A DNA stretch of 64,000 bases from Flectonema sp. DT1601 (taxonomy: Eukaryota), in assembly GCA_964019425.1 (NCBI GenBank), contig OZ025800.1, forward strand, positions 868,001 through 932,000. Reading direction: 5' to 3'. Shown here piece after piece: positions 1 to 9,318 of this stretch. A model generated the notes under the pieces. The model ran no database searches. It saw nothing but the letters and a program-made list of their open reading frames with translations, and was not told the DNA's origin. The first letter of the stretch is position 1. Each line of letters opens with the position of its first letter. Position numbers and translations under genes: made by a program.

Positions 1-341
1 TTCTCTACTTTTTTTTTTTTGTCTTCTTCTGTTCTTTCTTCCATTCCGTTCTGTTACTTTTTTTTTTTTTTTTTCTCCTCATTAAATCGACTTTTTTTTT
101 TTTTTTTTTAGTTGTTTTTTTTGTCAATAACCCTACTGGATGGGCATAAGCCCAAATGGCTTGATGAAGGACGCGTGGTGTACACGTTAAGTTGCTTCGT
201 AAAAGAGAAAAGCTCTTTGGTGAAGTTATCTGGACCAATGCAGGCGTTCGCTGGATTGCGTAGCGCGCTGTCGTCCGGTGATTGAAAGTCCTGATGGGGA
301 TTGCACCGCTAAGAATTTACATAATCACAGCTGTGATATTC

Positions 342-710
342 TTATGATGCCCGTGTTAGAGATTCCACTTGACTCGCTGCAACTAAGTTCAATAATTCCT
401 CCTGCATTGGTGATGATTTGAAGGCTTCTACTGACATTGAAAATGCTTTTTGATATTTCTTATGACACAACGACACGCATTTCTTCTCTCCTCCGTATTC
501 CTTATCACGCTTTCTCTCATCGAGGTCTCTCCTCCAGGCTGTTCGAATATCCTCTTGGTCCATACATTTATCAAAACACGCTTCTAAGGCAACATGCTTT
601 GAGTGTTTCACCGCATGCAGCTGTTGATAAAACTGAGCAGTTTGTAACATTTCCATCTGTCTGGCTGTCATTGGAGGCATACCGGCAGGCATACCCATTT
701 GTTGCGCCAT
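342..710 (-). CDS. Small Tim-like (twin CX3C) mitochondrial intermembrane-space protein
   Basis: 122-aa ORF with two CX3C motifs (CFDKC ... CVSLC) in a helical protein; spacer longer than in typical Tim9/Tim10. Confidence 0.55.
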   Translation of the reverse strand: MAQQMGMPAGMPPMTARQMEMLQTAQFYQQLHAVKHSKHVALEACFDKCMDQEDIRTAWRRDLDERKRDKEYGGEKKCVSLCHKKYQKAFSMSVEAFKSSPMQEELLNLVAASQVESLTRAS

Positions 711-829
711 GATTATGCGATGAAGTGCTGTTTATGAATTATAATTATACTAAAAATAAAGCACCATGGGTCTGTAATTAGATAAACCTTTATGATATAG
801 ACGTATATGTGCTGTTTAAGGAAATATTA

Positions 830-1440
830 AATCAAAAGCCTCCTTACTAATGCAAGCTACCAAAAGAACTTCCATAATATCAACATCATTCATATCTAAA
901 GTGTAAGTGTCTATTATTGATTACGCAGATGTAACATATCAAGATCTGACTAAGGAATTAATTTCCAAATGTGAGACTTCCAACCATGACAAGTCGAACT
1001 GTAAAGGTCCAACGGCTGAGAAAACTGTTTTTCGACTCCCAAGATCTGATTGGTTTTGTGAACTGCGGATAGTCACCTCCGACAGTAACGATGAGAGCAT
1101 CTAAAGAGGAAATCGTATCCAGCAGCAGTAACATTTTTAAGACCAGAAAGAGGAACTTAATTCCTAACAGTAGGAACACTACCGAGAGAGATCAACTTCA
1201 GTGAGTGATATTAGAATTGCGTAAAGAAATCTTCGGATTGCCGGAAGTATCAAATGTTTGTCGATACCAATTAACTCATCGAATGTCTTGTCTATTCTTT
1301 CTGATCACGTCGGAAGTTTCTTTTTCAAGACCTCATCAAGAACAGTTTTCGCCATTCATTCCCTCTCAATGAGAAGCCAACTGTGTCACTACCACAGGAA
1401 ATCTGATCAAAGTTACCCAAAACTTACATTTGCAGTAAAC
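830..1440 (-). pseudogene. Decayed LRR gene remnant related to the Ubl-LRR gene at 60877-61914
   Basis: Broken frames give LTEVDLS and SGLKNVTAAGYDFLFRC (1097-1147), resembling SGLSNITKIGHSFLSDC repeats of the intact gene; several stops and frameshifts; boundaries approximate. Confidence 0.4.
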
Positions 1441-1706
1441 CTGCAAGGGAGGAGACTAATTTAATTAATAAGAACAACTAAAACAAAACAAACACGATAA
1501 TGCTATAGTAACGTCCCTGTACCCAGGAAACCATTCGCTTAAATTTAATTAATAATTTGTAATGTCTAGCGATGTCATTATTCTTATAACAACCAGTCAA
1601 TAATAATAAGTGTTATTCTAACTCCTAATAGCAGTATCTCATGTGCACTAGCGGAGTGTTTCCTTATGTGCTACCGTTGAATCTCACTTGTATCGTTTCA
1701 TACAAT

Positions 1707-3095
1707 TTATGGAAATACTTTTGCCAGCCTCCTCCTCCTCATCAAATACAACAAAAACACAACGGGAGTTATGTAAGTCATCACCGCAAGAACTTCTATT
1801 ACAGAATATGTTCGCGGTGAATCGAAGGAAACATTGTTACCAGCGAGAATTGAACTGGGGAGAGGTGTAGAGGTGTCAGCGGTACTCACAATAGATGCGG
1901 ATGTGGGTTTGGATGTAGATTTGGATGTGGATTTTATCTGGCCAGGCAATGCTTTGCCAGAAGGTAACAATGTAACGGCATGAACAGAAGGATGTTCAGA
2001 ACCTTTAGGAAATAAAATACTTGTTGGAGCGTTATTATTTCCTGGAATTGATAAGTGAGTTCGACTGAGGTAGTGAGTTTTTGGAAAAGGAAGATAGTCA
2101 TAACGATGATCAGCGAGTGGAGAAGAAAAATTTAAATACTTCACGAACGATGTCCCCCACGAGACCCCACGCAGTAATAACTTATCCTCATGTACGTCAA
2201 CAACAACAAATGAATTATTAATTGTCTGCACCATTCCTGAAGTAGTCCATAAGTGAATATGATGATTGTTGGAAGCCAAATATGTTACGTGGCGATGAAC
2301 GTGAACGTGTCCGTTTAGCCAAACTTTTGCACACTTATAGTTGCTCAGCATATCGAGTATTTTACTTTTATCCCAAGTATGCATATCATTATTATTGTAT
2401 CCAGTTAGAAGAGGTGTATGAGCGAGGAGGAGTACTGTTTTATTTTGATCACATCCTTCTCGGATTTCATTTTCTAACCAACGAAGTTGTTGTTCACCCA
2501 CACCTCCATTATGTGTTTCCCAATGATGCTGACCTGATGATTTTAGTGTTTGGCTCATCGATTGAGCTTCTTTATAGTTTGCACTTGTCTGATCATTTCC
2601 AAAAGTTGAAATAGCAGATGTATCCACTGCAATAATTTTATAATTACTACTACTAATCACAGGGTGATCCAATACGTATTTCCTAGAAGACAGGTTGAAA
2701 GCTTTGTTAACTTCCTCTTGTGATGAGATTCCTTTAAAATCATGATTTCCCAACACATGATAAGTCCTCGGTAAAGGATCACGTAACTCTTTCAGTATAG
2801 CGTCTCTGTATTGACTTGCTTTTTCTTGAGTCATATCCCCGAGGTGTGTTATAAATGATAGAGAGGGTTCTTCTTGAATCAGATAGTCCCTCATTTCGAT
2901 CATTTTCGCAACGGATAATTTATAATGTCTCATGCCTGAAGGTTTCATAGTACCGTACTGAGTATCAGCGAAGACCGCAAATGAAAACAACGGATTTCCC
3001 AAATCAGATCCCAGAACTCGGTAAGCTTCTTCTCTATTTGGAGGGAGACCGAACTGCGTTGCTAACACCGCAAGCGACAGCAGTGATAGTAACAT
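1707..3095 (-). CDS. Calcineurin-like metallophosphoesterase (ADPRM-like) with signal peptide and C-terminal TM helix
   Basis: Motifs FADTQY, HLGD, GNHD, AH, GHVH; hydrophobic N-terminus, S/T-rich stalk, hydrophobic segment followed by RRRR. Confidence 0.8.
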   Translation of the reverse strand: MLLSLLSLAVLATQFGLPPNREEAYRVLGSDLGNPLFSFAVFADTQYGTMKPSGMRHYKLSVAKMIEMRDYLIQEEPSLSFITHLGDMTQEKASQYRDAILKELRDPLPRTYHVLGNHDFKGISSQEEVNKAFNLSSRKYVLDHPVISSSNYKIIAVDTSAISTFGNDQTSANYKEAQSMSQTLKSSGQHHWETHNGGVGEQQLRWLENEIREGCDQNKTVLLLAHTPLLTGYNNNDMHTWDKSKILDMLSNYKCAKVWLNGHVHVHRHVTYLASNNHHIHLWTTSGMVQTINNSFVVVDVHEDKLLLRGVSWGTSFVKYLNFSSPLADHRYDYLPFPKTHYLSRTHLSIPGNNNAPTSILFPKGSEHPSVHAVTLLPSGKALPGQIKSTSKSTSKPTSASIVSTADTSTPLPSSILAGNNVSFDSPRTYSVIEVLAVMTYITPVVFLLYLMRRRRLAKVFP

Positions 3096-3369
3096 CTTTG
3101 TTGTTATTCGGCTCCTGAAATTTGAAGCTGCAATTAAACAACAGAACCAGGGAACTCTCAGTAAAATAAGTAAACTCGTACACGATTTATTAATTCCTAC
3201 GAGGGGATGAAATACAAAATATAAATAAACTTGACCTCCACTTAAATATCAATAAGGTCAACGATGCCATTTAGTAGCATTCAATCATTACACGTTGTAA
3301 GTGACGAGGATAATTGCCAAACGTGTTTTACATCTCTTTTGTGGTGTCGATTTTCTATAAATCGACCTG

Positions 3370-5020
3370 CTACCCTCCACCTGGTGTTGCCTCCTCAGTG
3401 GTTGTTTTTTTAGCTCTTTTTTGGTCTTTTTTAATTTTTTTAATCAGCTTTCCCCATTCTGTCCGAAGCCGCTTCGCAAAGACGTCGATGTCGCCGCTAT
3501 TTTTATTTTTATTTTTTATTTTTTTCCCTTACAAAAGTGACACCATAATTCCTCAAAAAAAAGAAATAATAATCAAAAATACCTCTCAATTCCTATTGCG
3601 CAAGCCAGAGTTAGATAAGGCTGACTCGTATTGTTGGAGTGTGAGCCGTAGTTTTCGAAGGAACATCCGCAGATCGTCTTTCTGTGTTTGATTCGTTTTT
3701 TTTTTTAGGAAAAATATCACTTCTTTCCGATAAGTAAACAAGCACATACTTCTCACCTAACTTAACCACTCTAGGTCCAGAGACGCAATGATTAAATAAA
3801 GCTGAACCAAGTGCAGTGACTTGTGGATTTGGCAGGGAAGATAACGTGATGCAGAAGGAGATGTCATTTCGGGGTGAGATTAATGTAGTCTCTCCAAACT
3901 CAGCAGCTAAATCGTTCATCTTTGAATGAAATATCGTTAAAGCTGATTGTCTCTCTGACAGTAATCGTTTATAACCCACACGCCCAAGGGATAACAATGT
4001 TATGAACATGTCGAGAATAGGACTTCCAGATGCCCGACCTGCGTATGTTGCTGCGATGTGTTTTAGTGATGCATCGGTTGGCGTAGCAATGACAGATCCT
4101 CCGACGGGAACCATGAAATTCTTATCACCAGATTGAATGATAGCGTCTACTCTACCATGTTCAATTGATGAGTTTATTGCTTTCATTATAGGAGAGCTTT
4201 GAACCCCGTAAGCATTATTTATTACGTGAGGGATATTATGCTTCTTACACATCCTACTTATGTCTAATACTTTATCTGGACTCCTTGGAGCGAAGCATGA
4301 TGTTGTTGAGAGGACGCAGTGAATATTATTTGATCCACCACATTCTTCTATTGCCTTCTCCATTCCTTCTATATCAGTTATGTAAAAATTTTTATTTTCA
4401 GGATCTGGAATTAGCTCTATGACTTTTGCTTTGAATCCTGCTGTGTAGATGCATTTTAAACAAGTTTTTTGATCAATTCGAGACCATATAATCCATTTCT
4501 TCTTTAGCGTAGGACTCGTATCGGATGAACTATCACTACTGTCGGATGACGATGATAAAGATTGAAGAACAAGTGATAATGACATTCCTGTAGCAAGTGG
4601 AACAACCATCGCTGATTCTATTAGTTTGATACCAGCTAATCGAAGAGTATCAGCAACCATTAAGTTTGTAAGTGAATAGAGCAGTGATGAGCCAGCTGCT
4701 TTTGGTTGGTTGGCGATTAAGTCACCTGATCGACCAATACCATGTGAAAGCCCACTGTGACGTTGTTTCACAAGATTGCTGTAGACGCGACCTTCACGTT
4801 CACCAACACCAACATTACCAACGTAGTTGTTGGAGTCCATTAACGAAATATAATTTAGAAAATATTGAATAACATCATCTGACCAACCGTCATCAGGAAG
4901 TCTCCTCTGAGCCATTAAACTCTGAATCATTGACTCCACACGTTGTAAGGCACTGTTAGCATTTTGTATGTATGCTTTGTTTACAATACCACACGCTAAA
5001 GATGTACTTCCCTCATTCAT
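3370..5020 (-). CDS. SEPSECS: O-phosphoseryl-tRNA(Sec) selenium transferase; exons 5020-3750, 3681-3583, 3496-3370
   Basis: MDSNN..GVGEREGR, HGIGRSGD..QPKAAGSS, WSRIDQK, NNAYG, QSGDKNFMVPVGG; two GT-AG introns (3682-3749, 3497-3582) restore the conserved C-terminus YGSH..YLTLACAIG..DIDVFAKRL; 499 codons in frame. Confidence 0.95.
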
Positions 5021-5285
5021 TGTTTTTTTTTTTAGAGAAAGAGGGAATCTGGAAAATATAATAAATTCGATGATTAAATTACAACAATAATAAACAATGA
5101 ATACCTGTAAGTCAATCTATGGTACTGGATTAGAGTTAACCAATTTTTTTTAAAAAAAGAAATCTATAATAGGATACAAGAAGAATGAAAAAAAAAATAA
5201 TAACAGAAATATACATCTAGATATAAGAAGGCAGAATGGGGGAATGGGAAGGGAGGAAAACCGAATATCTTTATTAAATATGTGT

Positions 5286-7685
5286 TTACCTCCACCGCTG
5301 TACCTTCTTGAGTTGTGTCTTCGACCTCCTCCTTGTGGATGGCAACGACGGTATCGATTGCTCTTCACCAGAAGGTATCGCACCAGATCCAATAAACTGC
5401 GCGTACTTTTGAACATTCGTCATGTTCGATCCCGGTATAAATGGTCCTCTAGCGACGTTTCCCAGGATATCATTATGAGATAAATGACTAAAACTAGTCG
5501 GTTGACCAGGTGTCCATCCACTAGGACTTGTATTTCTACTGGATTGCAGTGATGCTGGTTGTCTGGAAGGAGAATTGCGAGAGCTTGAAGACGATTTTCG
5601 AGGCATGTTTGAAACTAGAGAACCACTTCCATCAAACAAGTGTTCGTGACCAGGGAACGGTGCGATTGGTAAGTTGCCAATACTGGCTGTACTACGAGAA
5701 ACAACTGATGTGTGAGGTACGGGTACTTGTGGAACAGATTCAGGTTCAAATGGACCAGTCTGGCCAACATTCATTGCATCATCGTAGATATCATGCCCTG
5801 CAGCAACTTCTGATGGTGACCTCAACATGTCCATATTAAGATCATCATAACTGACTGGTCTATCACTAATTGTTTGCATTACTTCACAAACTCCTGCTGT
5901 TGCTGGAACTGAAAAAGTTTCAGTTATGACATAGCCAAACAAAGCAGTTGTTAACTTTATTCTTTTCTCCTTTCTTGATAGATTATTTGCACCATAATAA
6001 TATCCCCTTTCAGGTGACGGCAGATGCTGTCCATCTGTCGTGTATTGACCTTTAACACGAAATTGAGCTGCTGAAAACACTTGTGCCAAATCATTATAAT
6101 TTATAGTGTCAACCGGATCGTTCATATACGTGCCGTTGATGTCGATTATGAAATACTCTTCGTAGGCTATTGTGTCTATTTGTGAGAGTTTCTCATATAG
6201 GGTGCTTTTTAATTGATCTTTCTCACTCTCAGATTGAGGTACTGCCTGGAGCAAATCCCTCCATCGAGGATCCTTCAACAGGAGTATTAATAAAGCAAGA
6301 GTGGCTTCTTGGACTTTGTCGCTTGTTATCGAGTGAAGTAAGACGTGTAAAATTTCAGAGCTGTTGTTCCCAATTAGTTGTGAGTATAACAGGTCTATAG
6401 AGGTTTTTGTAATTGCCGATTCTACGAGAAACAAAAACGTTTCCCATCTTTTAGTAACACCACAACTCTCGGTCCCCGACGATCGGTCATGACTGAACAA
6501 TTGTAATCCGTTTTGCGAAATCGAACTGGATTCTATTAGTAGACTCCTCCAGGCGTTTAGTTCTAAGAATTTTTCAAGAAAGTTTTGTCTTGTTGAGGAG
6601 TATCCAGTTCCATTCCCGGATGCTTCAATTTTTAGAATCGTCGAAACTAATCCACACGAACTGCTTACGATATCAAATTGATTATTCCGTTGAAGGACTG
6701 CGCTGGTTAGCTGAACCAAAGACTCAATAATAACAGGACTAGTCTGAATACGAGCTGTATAAAATGATTTATAAGAACCTAACACCAACGATATAATATC
6801 AAACAGCATTATAGCGACGTATTTTGATTGTTCGTGTTGAAGCATTGTTATTATTCGTTCTATTATTGTAACATCTAGGAGGTGTTCTGCGTACGTTTCA
6901 GCGATTAACTTTATTATAGCACAGAGATAGTTGCGTACCATTGGAACAGTTTCGTTACAGAATGAATCAAAAAAGAAATCAGATGCTCTTAGTCTAATCA
7001 CTGCTTCTCTCGCATCAGTGACTTTACTAACAAAAACAAATAGACATTCCGCAGCTGCGGCTTTTATGTCTTGATTCGCATTGGACGGCTCAACAGTATT
7101 TGGTGGTTGGACAAAAAAGTGAAGCAGAATATCAATTGCACCCATAGAAGTTAAAACCTTAAACAACGTGGCCTCAATAGAAGGATCAACTGTAGCTGCA
7201 GTACAGCAAGCTGTTATTATTTTAGTTAAGGTTTGTATGCACTGTACTTGAATGTTGTGAATCCCAACGTCAGTAAACGATTGTTGGTTAACATAACTAG
7301 GTGTTAATTCCGTCACTGGACAAGTCGCATACGCCAACAGCACATTAACAAGAGTCATTTCCTTATCCAAAGCCAGGACTTTAAGACGACAAGGGTCAGT
7401 ATCTGACTCAAGTAAATTCACAACTAAATTTAGAAATTCCCTCGTATCATGAAGACTTAGTTGTTGGTCATCTCTTCCTTGCAATTCACCTTTTAATGAC
7501 AACAGACTGTTTGTTAAACATTGAAGAATTGTACGCAAACAAGCGATTTCTTCATCAACTCCCTGACCAGTTGCTGTTTCCGTTGACGACATTGACGGTG
7601 GCATCATCATAGCAGTTGAGTTTCGCCGGACTGGCAGCGGCATTTTGTTCCTATCAGTGTTCTGAAATGGGAGAAATAGAGGCAT
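5286..7685 (-). CDS. Hypothetical protein, ARM/HEAT-like helical region plus low-complexity C-terminus
   Basis: 799-aa ORF, amphipathic Leu-rich helices; may be spliced at its 3' end (GAG|GTAAAC just before the stop). Confidence 0.7.
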   Translation of the reverse strand: MPLFLPFQNTDRNKMPLPVRRNSTAMMMPPSMSSTETATGQGVDEEIACLRTILQCLTNSLLSLKGELQGRDDQQLSLHDTREFLNLVVNLLESDTDPCRLKVLALDKEMTLVNVLLAYATCPVTELTPSYVNQQSFTDVGIHNIQVQCIQTLTKIITACCTAATVDPSIEATLFKVLTSMGAIDILLHFFVQPPNTVEPSNANQDIKAAAAECLFVFVSKVTDAREAVIRLRASDFFFDSFCNETVPMVRNYLCAIIKLIAETYAEHLLDVTIIERIITMLQHEQSKYVAIMLFDIISLVLGSYKSFYTARIQTSPVIIESLVQLTSAVLQRNNQFDIVSSSCGLVSTILKIEASGNGTGYSSTRQNFLEKFLELNAWRSLLIESSSISQNGLQLFSHDRSSGTESCGVTKRWETFLFLVESAITKTSIDLLYSQLIGNNSSEILHVLLHSITSDKVQEATLALLILLLKDPRWRDLLQAVPQSESEKDQLKSTLYEKLSQIDTIAYEEYFIIDINGTYMNDPVDTINYNDLAQVFSAAQFRVKGQYTTDGQHLPSPERGYYYGANNLSRKEKRIKLTTALFGYVITETFSVPATAGVCEVMQTISDRPVSYDDLNMDMLRSPSEVAAGHDIYDDAMNVGQTGPFEPESVPQVPVPHTSVVSRSTASIGNLPIAPFPGHEHLFDGSGSLVSNMPRKSSSSSRNSPSRQPASLQSSRNTSPSGWTPGQPTSFSHLSHNDILGNVARGPFIPGSNMTNVQKYAQFIGSGAIPSGEEQSIPSLPSTRRRSKTQLKKVQRWR

Positions 7686-8029
7686 TTAAAATTTTCAGAA
7701 TTGTTTTAGGAATAATATTAAAAAAAAAACATATTTTTAATTTTAAAAAACATTAGGACAAAAGAACTTTGGGTTTTGTGGGAAAGATTATAATTTTTTT
7801 TTTTTCTTTTTTATTTTGGGGGAAAATATCAGAGGTATGGTTACAAGACAAATATAGGAAAAGATTTTCACGGATTTAAACTTTGTTCAATTTTCTTTTT
7901 TATTATTATTATTTCAGCTAGAACAGATATAAAAAACAAGTTACCTTCAGTAACTATTATCAAAAACACCCAATTCAAATTGGTAGTTTATCACGTCGCT
8001 TAGTTTACATAGCCTCGTCAAGTGTAATA

Positions 8030-8878
8030 TTACTTGGCACACCTAACTGACGACCTGATGTTGTTGTTCGGAGAATGCACTTTTTTAATCCTCCGAGAAG
8101 AAGAAGGAGGAGAGCTGTAACTTATATTGTTATTGGCATTGTTGTTGTGTGACCTACGAATGCTACCTTGAAGAGGAGGAGATGCAGGTAAAGGTATATA
8201 ATAACTGAGCTTAAACCATGTGCCACTAAGAATATTTCCCATCACCTCTGTTTGTATGTCGGGGAGATTGAAATCATCAGCGAGAACGTTTCTGACTATT
8301 TTGTGAATTTCTCTTACGGCAGCATCACGAGTGAGTCCGACAGGTATATCTTCATCTTTTATTAAATAATTAGCAAACCTACCAGATGGTAGTTTGGCCC
8401 ACACGCTTGCATCACCACTTGATGCAGCTTGCATCATATTGCGCATAGCATCTTCGACATACTCAACAGTTCGGTGTCGCATATCAGTCAGCCAGTTATG
8501 AAGTGAGGTTTCCTTATCGTGACATAATCTAAAGAACACGAATGCGTTTCCTCGTGAAAAATCACGCATTCCGTGGTCGATGTGGTAATTTTGAACGCCC
8601 CTTTCTTCCAGTATCTCCTCAGCTGTGTTGTACAAAAAGTCGAGAGCCTCATTATCAGTCATCCAACGGGGCTTTCCATCATTCGCTGTTAAGAATTTGA
8701 CTGAGTGAGCGCCCCATGCCATGGGTTCGTGCAAGTTATCAAACCCTCTGTCAATCTGTTCTTCCACAAAATCGGTCATCTTTTCTCGTTGTTTTTGTTG
8801 CCAACCGCTGTAGTGACCTTCTAGAGCTTGCTTTAACAGAATGGAAGCTGCGCCCCGTTGCACCTTTCCCTCATTCAT
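8030..8878 (-). CDS. Hypothetical protein
   Basis: 282-aa ORF from the first ATG, preceded by a TACAG acceptor-like site; protein-like composition. Confidence 0.65.
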   Translation of the reverse strand: MNEGKVQRGAASILLKQALEGHYSGWQQKQREKMTDFVEEQIDRGFDNLHEPMAWGAHSVKFLTANDGKPRWMTDNEALDFLYNTAEEILEERGVQNYHIDHGMRDFSRGNAFVFFRLCHDKETSLHNWLTDMRHRTVEYVEDAMRNMMQAASSGDASVWAKLPSGRFANYLIKDEDIPVGLTRDAAVREIHKIVRNVLADDFNLPDIQTEVMGNILSGTWFKLSYYIPLPASPPLQGSIRRSHNNNANNNISYSSPPSSSRRIKKVHSPNNNIRSSVRCAK

Positions 8879-9182
8879 TTTGCAATTCGGCGCCACCTGT
8901 AAATAAATAAAGGCTGATAACGTCGAGAAACTGTAACGGTAACTAATCTAAGCTGAATATCTTATTGCTGTTCTGCCTTAAGTCTTTTAACCTCCAGATA
9001 TGAAATGAATTACGGAAAGAAAAAGAAAATAAAAAAATATTATTTTTTTTTATTAATTTATTAATATTATTAAAAGTAACTAATTCTTGCAAAAAAGAAG
9101 ATGGGGGGGGTGAATGTTTGAATTTGTAAAATACAACTGTTTTGTATCGCGTTAACATAACGATAGTTTAACATCTGTTAAG

Positions 9183-9318
9183 GATACAGTGAACTATGGT
9201 GATGCTTAACTTAGCCTTTTAAAGTAACTATTAGGTTTCGAGAGTAATCCATATACCTCTTACCTCTATTCTCTCTCATCAGTATGGTGTAGAAGTCAAT
9301 CAATTATTAAGACCGAAG
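9183..9318. repeat. Dispersed repeat family A (carries the hammerhead); related copies ~16860-16986, ~39285-39378, partial ~63292-63349
   Basis: Shared blocks gagagtaatccat, cctctattctc..catc..tggtgtagaag and gatacagtga..ggtgatgc.taacttagc..aaagtaacta. Confidence 0.75.
9233..9296 (-). ncRNA. Hammerhead ribozyme candidate, non-circularly permuted (family A)
   Basis: Minus strand ACTTCTA ca CCATA CTGATGA GAGAG aa TAGAGGT aag AGGT A TATGG atta CTCTC GAA ACCT; stems CCATA/TATGG, GAGAG/CTCTC, AGGT/ACCT, extra ACTTCTA/TAGAGGT; predicted cut after GUA (9254/9253). Confidence 0.8.

Noticed and set aside
130..320. GC-richer stretch with TGATGA and CTGA, possible snoRNA/U3/SRP RNA
   Set aside because: No convincing terminal stem or recognisable conserved motifs
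1160..1355. Selenoprotein or stop read-through ORF (MAKTVLDEVLKKKLPT-TGA-SER..)
   Set aside because: Further stops and frameshifts follow, no SECIS seen; better explained as a decayed LRR gene
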